From positions 1-56,840 of the forward strand of contig USQY01000003.1 in NCBI GenBank assembly GCA_900557045.1: a DNA stretch of 56,840 nt, in the 5' to 3' direction. The translations under genes were made by a program, and so were the position numbers. Below the pieces are notes generated by a model. That model ran no database searches and was not told the DNA's origin. It saw only the letters and a program-made list of their open reading frames with translations. This document shows, one piece after another, positions 30,699 through 39,333 of the stretch (its first letter is position 1; each line of letters opens with the position of its first letter). The DNA is from an uncultured Clostridium sp. Lineage in GTDB: Bacteria > Bacillota > Clostridia > TANB77 > CAG-508.

Positions 30699-31561
30699 AT
30701 ATTTTTCCTCCAATAAAATAAATATTGCTGAGCAATACCACTTAAATTTCCAAATTTTTCTTGTGCTATTTCTAAAATTTGTTTTTTACTTACTTTAGTT
30801 TCATCTGTATTTTTAATATATAACTCATTCATAACTCTTCTAACCCATACATCTATTGGGAAAACATCAAACCTTTTTAATGTAGAAAATAATAAAATAC
30901 AATCCGCAACTTTAGGTCCTACTCCTGATAATTTAAGTAACTCCTCTCTTACTATATTAGTATCTTTTTCTTGATGTAATTTTTCTAAATCTATTTGCTT
31001 TTCTAAAATCATTTTTGTAGTTTCATACATTCTTATGTTTCTAAATCCTAATCCTAATTTTCGAAAATCTTCAACTGTTGCTTTGCTTAATTGATTAACT
31101 GTTGGAAAAGAATAATATTTTTCATTATTCCATATTATTTCATTTCCATATGTTCTACTCAATTTTTCAATAATTCCCTTTATTCTTGGAATATTATTAT
31201 TTGCTGAAATTATAAAAGACATTATTGTTTCCCATAAATCTTGATTTAAAATTCTAATTCCTTCTCCATATTTTATACTTTCTAACATATAACTATCTAT
31301 TTGGCTTAATTTAATTTTTATTTTTTCATAGTCAGTATTCATATCAAAATAAAAATTAAATAATTCTGCAATATCGTCTTTTCCATAGCTTTTCACAATT
31401 ATATTGTTGTTGGTTTGTGTTATTTTTATAATATTATTTTTTACTATTCCAATATAACTACCATCTTCATTTTCATTCCATCTAAAACATTGACCACATT
31501 CAAATATATTTTTTAAATCAAATGAATTTATACTATCCAGTTTTAATTCTTGTTCTTTCAT
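30695..31561 (-). CDS. ogg: 8-oxoguanine DNA glycosylase/AP lyase (Ogg, HhH-GPD)
   Basis: FECGQCFRW at the N-terminus and the HhH-GPD motif LSGVGPKVADCILLF...FPIDVW. Confidence 0.8.
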   Translation of the reverse strand: MKEQELKLDSINSFDLKNIFECGQCFRWNENEDGSYIGIVKNNIIKITQTNNNIIVKSYGKDDIAELFNFYFDMNTDYEKIKIKLSQIDSYMLESIKYGEGIRILNQDLWETIMSFIISANNNIPRIKGIIEKLSRTYGNEIIWNNEKYYSFPTVNQLSKATVEDFRKLGLGFRNIRMYETTKMILEKQIDLEKLHQEKDTNIVREELLKLSGVGPKVADCILLFSTLKRFDVFPIDVWVRRVMNELYIKNTDETKVSKKQILEIAQEKFGNLSGIAQQYLFYWRKNI

Positions 31562-31731
31562 AATTACCATATCCTATAATATTTTTTGTTTATTATATAA
31601 AAGTATTATATAAAAAACAATACTAAAACTGTAAAATCCAGTAAATAATTTGACATAATTAGCAAAATATATTATAATATCAATATTGCATTACGCAAGA
31701 TTATATGTGCATTAAATAAGGAGGATTTTTT

Positions 31732-32403
31732 ATGAAAAGGCGGTTAAAAGCTATTTCAACAGCATTATTAGGCAATCAAAATGTTCCAGTCTGGTTTTTA
31801 AATGGTGGGTATGAGATTCCTAAATTTTTAAATATTGTTAATACTACTGAATGCATTCAAATTCCTATACAAAAGCCTCATTTTTATACCAAATCGCAAA
31901 TAATATCTAGTCAAGGTTGTAAACCATTTGTAGAAGTACTTCAAAAATATAATATTTGGTTATCCAAATTTGTAGACGAAGTATTATCTTCTTCAGATAA
32001 CACCTGCACATTTTGCAATTCAAAACTTGATTTTTTAAATCCAGGAATGTCTGCATTTAGATTATACGATTCAAATTTGGATTATTTGCAAGTTCAAGTT
32101 ACAAGAGTTCAGCAAAACCCTGAATTTTTTCAACTAGATATTTACTATGATGACTCTAACATTCCCAGCTTAATTGTGCTATGTGATATTCATCACCCTA
32201 GACAAACTATACTAGACATAGTTTTTAGAAAAAACAATCATAAAGAAACTTTTTCTCAGGCTACTGAAGTAGCTCGGCACATAAGCTCATTATTTAGAGC
32301 TTTACTAATTTATCTTCGTCCCTGGGATTACACATCAAAAATATGCACTGTATTCCCATTTGATTCGGATTGTGCAGATTTTCCGAAATTACCAGAAGAT
32401 TAA
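31732..32403 (+). CDS. Hypothetical protein (orphan, Cys-containing)
   Basis: 223 aa with a strong AAGGAGG ribosome-binding site. No family recognised. Confidence 0.55.
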   Translation: MKRRLKAISTALLGNQNVPVWFLNGGYEIPKFLNIVNTTECIQIPIQKPHFYTKSQIISSQGCKPFVEVLQKYNIWLSKFVDEVLSSSDNTCTFCNSKLDFLNPGMSAFRLYDSNLDYLQVQVTRVQQNPEFFQLDIYYDDSNIPSLIVLCDIHHPRQTILDIVFRKNNHKETFSQATEVARHISSLFRALLIYLRPWDYTSKICTVFPFDSDCADFPKLPED

Positions 32404-32411
32404 AAAATAAT

Positions 32412-32446
32412 AAAAGACTGGAATTCCAGTCTTTTATTATTTTTTA
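32412..32446. terminator. Bidirectional terminator
   Basis: The sequence AAAAGACTGGaattCCAGTCTTTT forms a hairpin and is followed by a T-run. Confidence 0.8.
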
Positions 32447-32447
32447 T

Positions 32448-32941
32448 TTACATTATAATTTCAATTTCATTAACACCACTATTACCTTCTAACCTAACTT
32501 TTTTATCTTTTAGTTCATTTCCATTCAATATAATCTTATTTATGCCACTTGATTTTCCATTTGCATTATTTATTTTTATATTATAAATACTGTTTTCAAA
32601 CTTATATTTAATACTATATTCTTTCCATTCATTTGAAATTGATGGATTAAAACTAATATAACCATTTTCAATATTTAATCCTAAAATATATTTAATTCCT
32701 GCAATATACATCCAACTACTTGAGCCTGTATACCAAGTCCATCCTCCTCTTCCTGCTAGGTTACCGTACACCATATACATCTGCTGGAATTATATAAGGT
32801 TCTACTTTATATTTCATTGATGAAGCTTTGGTTCTTGAATGTTCTATTGGATTTATCATTTTGAAAAATTCAACTGCTTTATTTCCAAAGCCAAGCATTG
32901 CTTCTGCAATTATTACCCAGATGGCAGCATGTGTGTATTGC
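32448..32941 (-). pseudogene. Detached 3' fragment of the glucan-synthase-like gene (GH94 C-terminus), frameshifted
   Basis: From the repeat core, the minus strand reads QYTHAAIWVIIAEAMLGFGNKAVEFFKMINPIEH...KYKVEPYIIPADVYGVR and then a stop at 32761-32763. The sequence continues in another frame as (M)VYGNLAGRGGWTWYTGSSSWMY...EIEIIM (ORF 32448..32780). Confidence 0.85.
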
Positions 32942-32987
32942 AGTTAGTGCCATTTTTTATATTCTCTCTTTTAGTCACAAATTCTTG

Positions 32988-34625
32988 CTATACAGCCTTT
33001 CTCTCATATTCTTTTTTAGCACATATAAATTTTTCTAAATTATCATTTAATTCTTGTAGTGGTTTAAAGTTGAAATAAATGTCAACTTGTTTATCACTAT
33101 GAATTTCAATTCTTTCTATAAATTCTCTAATTATTTCTTTATTTGGTTTTTCCATATTCAAAAACTCATCAACCAAACTATTTAACTTTTCATCTTTATC
33201 TATTTGCTTATCTTCTCCATTAAGCTCTTTTTCAAGTTCTTTAATTCTTTTTTGATAGTCTTCAATATCATTCTTAATTTTTTTCGCATTTTCAATATAG
33301 TTTTCGACTGTAATGATTTCTGCAAGTCTATCTTCATATAATAGTTCTAATTTTCTTGTTTCTTTTTTTATTTGAGTTTTATAATTCTCAATTTTATTTT
33401 CTAAATCCAATTTCTTATCTTCCTTTGATTTAGACTTTTTTGCAATTTCTTCAAGTTTTTTCTTATTTGAATACTCTTTGCAAATTTCTCTTAAAACTCC
33501 TATCATACTTTCTTCAAAAACTTGATAATTAAAGTTATGTGGAGAACATACATCAAATTTTCCATATCTTCCATATCTTTGACATCTGCCATATATATTA
33601 CCATTTTTATCGGGACTTCTTATTCCTATATATCCTTTACAATCATAGCATTTTAATAGTCCTTTAAATAAATAATCGTTTACATCATTCCTTGAGCCTT
33701 TTGTAGCTTCAATTATTTTTCTTGCTCTTTGATAATCCTCTTGTGATACTATTGCTTCGTGCATGTTAGGAACTCTTATCCAATCTTCTTCTGGAACATC
33801 TACAAATTTATTAGATTTAAAGCTAATCTTTTTTCGTTTACCTTGTATAACTGTTCCAGTATATACCTCATTTGAAAGAATAAATCTAACTGTAGATTGA
33901 GCCCATAAGCCATAAGTTATTGATTTTGTTCCTCTATTTCTTTTATTGTAATCTGATGGAATTGGTATTTTTTGTTCTGACAAATAATCTGCTATTTGCA
34001 TTGTTCCATATCCTACAAGAAACATTCTAAAAATAGTTTTAACAACTTCTGCTGCTTCTTCATCTTTTATTAAATGATATTTATTCTCTGGATCTTTCTT
34101 GTATCCATAAGGTGCAGTTCCTAAATATTCTCCCTGCTTTCTTTTTGATTGTAATACACTATTTATCTTTTTAGATGTGTCTTTTGCATACATTTCATTT
34201 AATATAGATTTGAAAGGTGCAATATCATTGTTTGCAGAATCTAGTCCTGTATCTATATTGTCTAAAATAGCAATATATCTTACATTATGCTCTGGAAAAT
34301 AAGTTTCTGTATAATATCCAGATTGCACATAGTTTCTTCCAAGTCTTGATAAATCTTTTGTAATAACCATATTTATTTTGCCTTGTTCAATGTCTTCTAT
34401 CATTTTATTAAATGCTGGTCTATCAAAACTTGTACCACTTACACCATCATCAACATACTCTGCTATAAAATTAAGCTTATTTTCTTTAATATATTGCATA
34501 AGTAATGTTCTTTGGTTTTGAATACTCTCGCTTTCTGAATATTTTTCCTTTTCTTCGTCTTCTTTTGAAAGTCTTATATATATGCCTACTTTATAATCAA
34601 TATTATTCATTATATTAAAGCTCAT
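32988..34625 (-). CDS. Large serine recombinase (TnpX/SpoIVCA class)
   Basis: The resolvase catalytic domain shows VGIYIRLSKED...SIQNQ...YVDDGVSG....RP.F..M...I....I..VI.KDLSRLGRN. It is followed by a recombinase domain, a zinc-ribbon (CYDC...C..RYG...C) and a coiled-coil tail. The stop lies 47 bp from the left repeat. Confidence 0.9.
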   Translation of the reverse strand: MSFNIMNNIDYKVGIYIRLSKEDEEKEKYSESESIQNQRTLLMQYIKENKLNFIAEYVDDGVSGTSFDRPAFNKMIEDIEQGKINMVITKDLSRLGRNYVQSGYYTETYFPEHNVRYIAILDNIDTGLDSANNDIAPFKSILNEMYAKDTSKKINSVLQSKRKQGEYLGTAPYGYKKDPENKYHLIKDEEAAEVVKTIFRMFLVGYGTMQIADYLSEQKIPIPSDYNKRNRGTKSITYGLWAQSTVRFILSNEVYTGTVIQGKRKKISFKSNKFVDVPEEDWIRVPNMHEAIVSQEDYQRARKIIEATKGSRNDVNDYLFKGLLKCYDCKGYIGIRSPDKNGNIYGRCQRYGRYGKFDVCSPHNFNYQVFEESMIGVLREICKEYSNKKKLEEIAKKSKSKEDKKLDLENKIENYKTQIKKETRKLELLYEDRLAEIITVENYIENAKKIKNDIEDYQKRIKELEKELNGEDKQIDKDEKLNSLVDEFLNMEKPNKEIIREFIERIEIHSDKQVDIYFNFKPLQELNDNLEKFICAKKEYERKAV

Positions 34626-34648
34626 TTTTCCTCCTTCCTGCTAAAAAT

Positions 34649-34701
34649 AATGAGATAATATTGATACTCTTCTGACCAGAATTATATCATATTATCTCAT
34701 T
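34649..34701 (-). promoter_or_regulatory. 13-bp perfect inverted repeat (terminator/attenuator-like) directly upstream of the recombinase RBS
   Basis: Arms AATGAGATAATAT and ATATTATCTCATT are separated by 27 nt. On the minus strand the hairpin is followed by ATTTTTAG and then GGAAGGAGG-ATG of the recombinase. Confidence 0.5.
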
Positions 34702-34741
34702 TATTGCTATCTATTTATTATAAATTTTTAATTGGATTTTA

Positions 34742-34885
34742 TTAACTTTTTAAGCAATAATTTCCAAATGCTCTTTCAACTATTCTTTCAAGTGTTTCTC
34801 CATTATTATTAAATATAATGTTAAATCTAAATTCATTTTTCTTTTTATATTTTTTCTTTTTAACATCCTGTTTTACTTCAGCCAT
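34742..34885 (-). CDS. Small basic protein, TnpW-like (possible directionality factor)
   Basis: 47 aa, too short for the ORF track: MAEVKQDVKKKKYKKKNEFRFNIIFNNNGETLERIVERAFGNYCLKS. An AAGGAGGG ribosome-binding site lies 6 nt upstream. The FNIIF...ETLERIV pattern resembles TnpW as I remember it (V.V.FS...ET.EDKI). Confidence 0.4.
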   Translation of the reverse strand: MAEVKQDVKKKKYKKKNEFRFNIIFNNNGETLERIVERAFGNYCLKS

Positions 34886-34943
34886 ATCTAATCCCTCCTT
34901 ACTTTATTTTTTCCACATTTTGCTATTTTATACAATAATTCAT

Positions 34944-35237
34944 CTAATACACTCTTGAACTTCTTATGCTACTTGCTTGTACCACATTTCTCACAATTTT
35001 AGGTACATCAAATGTAACATTAACATCTTTTTTCACGACTAAATTACTAGAATTATTTGCATAATCATATATAGATCTATTCCAATTTGCGAAATCAACA
35101 TCCGATATTTCAGTTTTAGTTGATAAAACCTTATCATCTTTATCTATTCGTGCAAGTAAATTATAATATTCTTCTCTATCTTCTTTTTCTTTTGCATTTC
35201 TAACATAACTTTTGCTATATTCTTCACTACTATGAAC
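34944..35237 (-). pseudogene. Start-less 97-codon gene remnant
   Basis: The frame opens right after a TAA and has no ATG, GTG or TTG near its 5' end. It reads VHSSEEYSKSYVRNAKEKEDREEYYNLLARIDKDDK...VVQASSIRSSRVY-stop. It abuts the intron fragment. Confidence 0.45.
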
Positions 35238-35244
35238 TTATCCG

Positions 35245-35620
35245 ACTGCCTAATATTCTTTTGATATTCTCCGTTTTATTGTTGTTTATCATACTTGTAT
35301 TGCTACAAGAAACATTAGGCTCTCCCCAGTTGACTAAGTAATCACTATGTAAAGCATGATTGGTTCTAATGACCCCGTAAAAGTTTGAGTATTCTCACCA
35401 TAACGATTACTCAAATATTGCATTCCGCAGTAATTAATACGTCTGCCTTTTAATTGGTAACATTTCGGGGCTTAATCGCCTTTTAACCCTACTTTCTCGC
35501 TGTTTACGCTTTACTCATAATATTACTATTACAAGCACAAAACTCGCTACTGGTGGTTGGTTAAACCTTAGCCAGACGGGATTTCCACCCGCTAGATTAC
35601 TTGCCCTTTTCTGGGCGCAC
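35245..35620 (-). ncRNA. Group II intron 5' fragment (domain I region), with no domain V/VI or reverse transcriptase
   Basis: The minus strand starts GTGCGCCCAGAAAAGGG at 35620, compared with GUGCGCCCAGAUAGGGUG in Ll.LtrB. It also contains ...CTTAGTCAACTGGGGAGAGCCTAA, resembling the Ll.LtrB segment ACUAACUGGGGAUACCCUAA. I found no GAGCCGUAU-type domain V downstream. Confidence 0.65.
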
Positions 35621-35702
35621 AATTACTATTTTTCTTTATCCAACTTGTACGGAATATTACAAATTTGTTAACAACACCAAAATCTTGTAAACAACTTGAT
35701 AT

Positions 35703-36281
35703 TTATTTATCAAGCATTTGCTCATGATGACCATAGCATATCTTTGATATATTATGACTTAATATACTTTTCCAACTATTATTTATTTTATCATCATTAA
35801 ATGCTGATGCTGAGTTTAAATCATATAAGTCTCCAACTATTGCAATACCATCATCTAATATTAAAGAAATACTATCATCACTGTGTCCTGGAGTATATAT
35901 TATTTCTCCATCTATTCCTAAATCACTTAAAAATTTTCTGCTTTCCTCACATGAAATTATCAATGGTTCTGTATTTATAGGAGTAAATTTTGACTTTTTA
36001 TCTTTTTCAAATATTTTATCTGAACAATGAAGATAATCTTTTTGAATATCTATAACTAATAATTTTGCATTCATATTATCAATTATCTCTTGTGCTATTC
36101 CCATATGATCAGGATGATAATGAGTTATTAAAAGATAATCTATTTTTGTTATGTCTAATTCTTTTATTTTTTTATAACAAGCTTGTAATGTTCCAGCCCA
36201 ATCTGTATCCACTAATATACTTCCATTTTTCCCCTCTACATAATAGCAGTTTGTATTTCCGTACTTCAAAAGCTTTATCAT
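35703..36281 (-). CDS. MBL-fold metallo-hydrolase
   Basis: The HxHxDH motif is THYHPDHMG. Downstream are GHSDDS and a C-terminal GHHE. Confidence 0.8.
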   Translation of the reverse strand: MIKLLKYGNTNCYYVEGKNGSILVDTDWAGTLQACYKKIKELDITKIDYLLITHYHPDHMGIAQEIIDNMNAKLLVIDIQKDYLHCSDKIFEKDKKSKFTPINTEPLIISCEESRKFLSDLGIDGEIIYTPGHSDDSISLILDDGIAIVGDLYDLNSASAFNDDKINNSWKSILSHNISKICYGHHEQMLDK

Positions 36282-36304
36282 CTTCTTCTCCTTTTATTTA
36301 CATC

Positions 36305-36673
36305 TTATATATCATATAACAAATATGTGTTACACATACTATATTTTTTTATTAATTCACTTTCTTTTTTTGAAAGCTCTTTATCAGAAAAATTAGCAAC
36401 TAATGAACATAAATAAATATACTTTTGGCTATATCTTTGCGAAAAATTTTCTTTTCCATATTTTCCTTGTATTGTATCAAATTTTAATTGAATTTGCCTA
36501 GTTGTTTCACAATTGATAAAATCTGAAATCTCGTCCAAATCTTTTTTGCTTGTATTATCAATTATTGATTTAGATGTATTAATTACTACATATAACCACT
36601 CTTCCAAATCTGTTAGCTGTTTGGGTTTGCTCTTTAGTTTTGATTTTATTTTTAAATAAATTTCATCTTCCAT
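36305..36673 (-). CDS. Hypothetical protein
   Basis: 122-aa ORF lying 23 bp upstream of the MBL gene. No family recognised. Confidence 0.5.
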   Translation of the reverse strand: MEDEIYLKIKSKLKSKPKQLTDLEEWLYVVINTSKSIIDNTSKKDLDEISDFINCETTRQIQLKFDTIQGKYGKENFSQRYSQKYIYLCSLVANFSDKELSKKESELIKKYSMCNTYLLYDI

Positions 36674-36815
36674 AAATTCATTCCTTCATTTTATAAATAT
36701 TACATTTATTTGTTCAAGACTTGTTCGCAATATTACAATATTGTTAACATCTTTATTTCTCTATAATAATATCACAAAAATGAATGAATTTCAATTTCAC
36801 TCGCCTATTTTATGA

Positions 36816-37073
36816 TTACATTATTATAAACTTTTTTACTAGCTTTTGCATACATTTATTGCACACATGTTTATTATTGTGGTCTATTAAATCCTTTGTA
36901 CTAGAACAAAAAATACATTTATGACTATCCTTTACTAAACTTATTACATCATTTTCAACATAAATATCCATTCTGTCATTAGTTTTAATCTCAAACCTTT
37001 CCCTTATTTCCTTTGGAATGACTATTCTTCCCAATTCATCAACTTTTCTACTCATTCCTGTATCTTTCTTCAT
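36816..37073 (-). CDS. AbrB/SpoVT-type DNA-binding protein with a C-terminal Cys4 zinc-ribbon
   Basis: MKKDTGMSRKVDELGRIVIPKEIRERF is a swapped-hairpin motif. The C-terminus has CIFC...CNKC. I moved the start to the ATG 5 nt after a GGAGG ribosome-binding site. Confidence 0.75.
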   Translation of the reverse strand: MKKDTGMSRKVDELGRIVIPKEIRERFEIKTNDRMDIYVENDVISLVKDSHKCIFCSSTKDLIDHNNKHVCNKCMQKLVKKFIIM

Positions 37074-37181
37074 AATACTCCTCCAAATTATATTTTTATA
37101 TCTTTTAGCAGTCTGTCCGCTAAAAGATAACATAATAAATATTATAAAATCAATACATAATAATAGTATTGAGGGTAGATT

Positions 37182-37430
37182 ATGAAAAAATTTGATAGAA
37201 AAAGTAATGCATACGGTAAAATAATTGAAAAATGTAGAAAAGGCAAAAACATGTCTAGAGCAGATGTTTCAAGAGAGTTAGATTTAATAGATATTCCTAT
37301 TAATCCAGATGAATTATATAGAATTGAAAGACAAAATATGATTTTAAAAGATTATGAACTAATTGCCATTTGCATGATTTTAGATATTGATTATAATGAT
37401 TTAATAAAAATAATTAAGAAGAAAAAATAA
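37182..37430 (+). CDS. XRE-family helix-turn-helix regulator
   Basis: 82 aa. GKIIEKCRKGKNMSRADVSRELD fits an HTH. It is divergent from the AbrB-like gene. Confidence 0.65.
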   Translation: MKKFDRKSNAYGKIIEKCRKGKNMSRADVSRELDLIDIPINPDELYRIERQNMILKDYELIAICMILDIDYNDLIKIIKKKK

Positions 37431-37457
37431 TATAGATAGAGCCACTTATTTGTAGCC

Positions 37458-38756
37458 CTATCTTATTTTATTCTTGTTCTTATTTTTAACAGTTTCTTTT
37501 TCACTTCTTTCTTTATTATCTTGAAATCTCTTTTGTATTATCCAGTCCTCTTTTTCTCCTTTTTCAACTTTACTAATTATTCTTCTGCAAGTTTGTATTT
37601 TCTTATTTATTCTTTCAATATCTTCATTTAAGATATTAATTCTTGCCTTCAAAATCGTTTTATCTGCTGCGTTATCTGTTTTATTATATAATTTCATATA
37701 TATTTCTTTTTGAGCCTTTAAAGGAGAAACTTCTTCTAAATATTGAGTTCTTAAATTTTGAGCATCTTCTATTGATTTCAAATCTTTGCTACTAATCAAA
37801 CTAAGTTCATCACATAGCTTACTAAATTTATCTATTTCTTTATAATATTCTGGTGTTCTTTCAACATAGTGTATTTTAGGTGGTAACTTTCCTAAAACAT
37901 ATAAAAAATGCACATACCACCTATAAAAATGAGAGTGTTCCAATAAAAAAGGATCTATTTTTACACCTTCATATATTTTAACTTTATATACTTTATCTTC
38001 TTTGAATTGATAATTTTTGTAATAGATTCTATTCTTTATATTTTCAAAAGTATAGTCCTCTCCAAAAGCTCTTGCTAGCCTTATATTCCTATTATAATAT
38101 GGAGTTGATATAGAAATTGAATCTCCAGACTTTTTTATATAATAACCTTTGTATGCTAAAAAATCTGCAAATTCCTGATATTTTCTTGCCTCTTTTATTG
38201 CTTCGTCAATATCATTCTTTATAAGTTCCATTTTACCACTATTGCGATTATAATTTTTAATTCTACTTCTTGCTATATCTTTTTCTTTATTCGCCTTATC
38301 AGTTTCTATTACTGATAGTCTATATTTTCTACATAATTCATCATTCGTTTTTCTAACTAATGCTAATTCAACATTTGAATTGTGATATTTACTTCCATCA
38401 ACAAATGAAACCGAATTTAAAATAATATGGTTATCAACATTGTCTTTATCAGTATGTGTGCAAACTAATACTTGATATTTATCTCCCCATAAACTTTCAG
38501 CAAGTTCCATGCCTATATCATTACATTGTCTAGCTGATACTTCTTTTCCATTAAATGATTGTATAAAATGATAACCTAATCTTCCACCTTCCTTATGAAA
38601 ATTTTTCTTTGTTAGCATCATTTGAGTATAAGCATTTTCTGGTAAACAATTTAATCCAGATATTAAAATTCCGTGTTCAGTTTTTTCTCCGTTTTTAACA
38701 TAATTTATTGCTGCCTCTAAATTCTTTTTTATAACTTTATATTTAGTAATTGCCAT
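37458..38756 (-). CDS. Relaxase/mobilisation nuclease (MobA/VirD2 family)
   Basis: YHFIQSF and the histidine triad HTDKDNVDNHIILN lie in the N-terminal ~130 aa. A coiled-coil C-terminus follows. The GGAGGTG ribosome-binding site overlaps the end of the mobC-like frame. Confidence 0.85.
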   Translation of the reverse strand: MAITKYKVIKKNLEAAINYVKNGEKTEHGILISGLNCLPENAYTQMMLTKKNFHKEGGRLGYHFIQSFNGKEVSARQCNDIGMELAESLWGDKYQVLVCTHTDKDNVDNHIILNSVSFVDGSKYHNSNVELALVRKTNDELCRKYRLSVIETDKANKEKDIARSRIKNYNRNSGKMELIKNDIDEAIKEARKYQEFADFLAYKGYYIKKSGDSISISTPYYNRNIRLARAFGEDYTFENIKNRIYYKNYQFKEDKVYKVKIYEGVKIDPFLLEHSHFYRWYVHFLYVLGKLPPKIHYVERTPEYYKEIDKFSKLCDELSLISSKDLKSIEDAQNLRTQYLEEVSPLKAQKEIYMKLYNKTDNAADKTILKARINILNEDIERINKKIQTCRRIISKVEKGEKEDWIIQKRFQDNKERSEKETVKNKNKNKIR

Positions 38757-38767
38757 AAGCCACCTCC

Positions 38768-39094
38768 TTATTTTTGTCTTGAATATACTTCCTTTTCAAA
38801 CCTTAAAATAAAATCTGACAATTCTTTTGAAATATAACTATAATCATCATGTGATGTGCTATATCTTGAATTTGCAATTCTTGCAATCTGATTTATATTA
38901 TTTGCTATTCCATATATCTCTTTTTGAAAAAATTTTATTTCTTCAGTTGGTTGTGCTTTTATTCTATAACCTTTAATCGTACTTCTAATAAATTCAGATT
39001 CAGTTAGTCCTGCCTCTTTTGATTTTTTCTTTAATAATTCATCTTCTTTTGCATCTATCCATATTTGTTTGCATATATTTGACCTAAAATTGTT
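38768..39094 (-). pseudogene. MobC-like ribbon-helix-helix relaxosome protein lacking a canonical start
   Basis: The open frame reads ...CKQIWIDAKEDELLKKKSKEAGLTESEFIRSTIKGYRIKAQP...IYGIANNINQIARIAN... and ends in TAA 11 nt before the relaxase ATG. There is no ATG, GTG or TTG anywhere near its 5' end, and an in-frame TAA lies at 39095-39097. Confidence 0.6.
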
Positions 39095-39252
39095 TTATTT
39101 CTAATAACAAATATACCTTTCTTTGTTACTATAATATAATTATAGTAAGTCATTTTACTTCTTCCTTTTATTAAAATATTCTTGTAAATTACAAGTTCAT
39201 TTTTGAATAGATTTTTAAATTCTTCTGTTACTTTTAATTCATTATTTCTCAT
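39055..39252 (-). pseudogene. NERD-domain-like fragment (65 codons)
   Basis: YNYIIVTKKGIFVIRNKTILGQIYANKYG resembles the NERD core (DH..I...GIFVIE.K...G.IYG) but stops abruptly. It overlaps the 5' end of the mobC-like frame. Confidence 0.4.
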
Positions 39253-39333
39253 TTTTATTTGCTCCTTTCAAACTATTTTTTATTTTAAAAGGAGAAGAAA
39301 CTTTTACATTTCTTCTCCACTATTTGTATTTAC

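Noticed and set aside
32764-32789. Programmed ribosomal frameshifting to join the two frames of the 3' fragment
   Set aside because: There is no slippery heptamer, homopolymer or downstream stimulatory structure. A mutational indel or a sequencing error is the simpler explanation.
32839-33078. Plus-strand 79-aa ORF spanning the left element junction
   Set aside because: It runs antisense to both the GH94 fragment and the recombinase 3' end and crosses the repeat core. It has a low-complexity hydrophobic composition and no ribosome-binding site.
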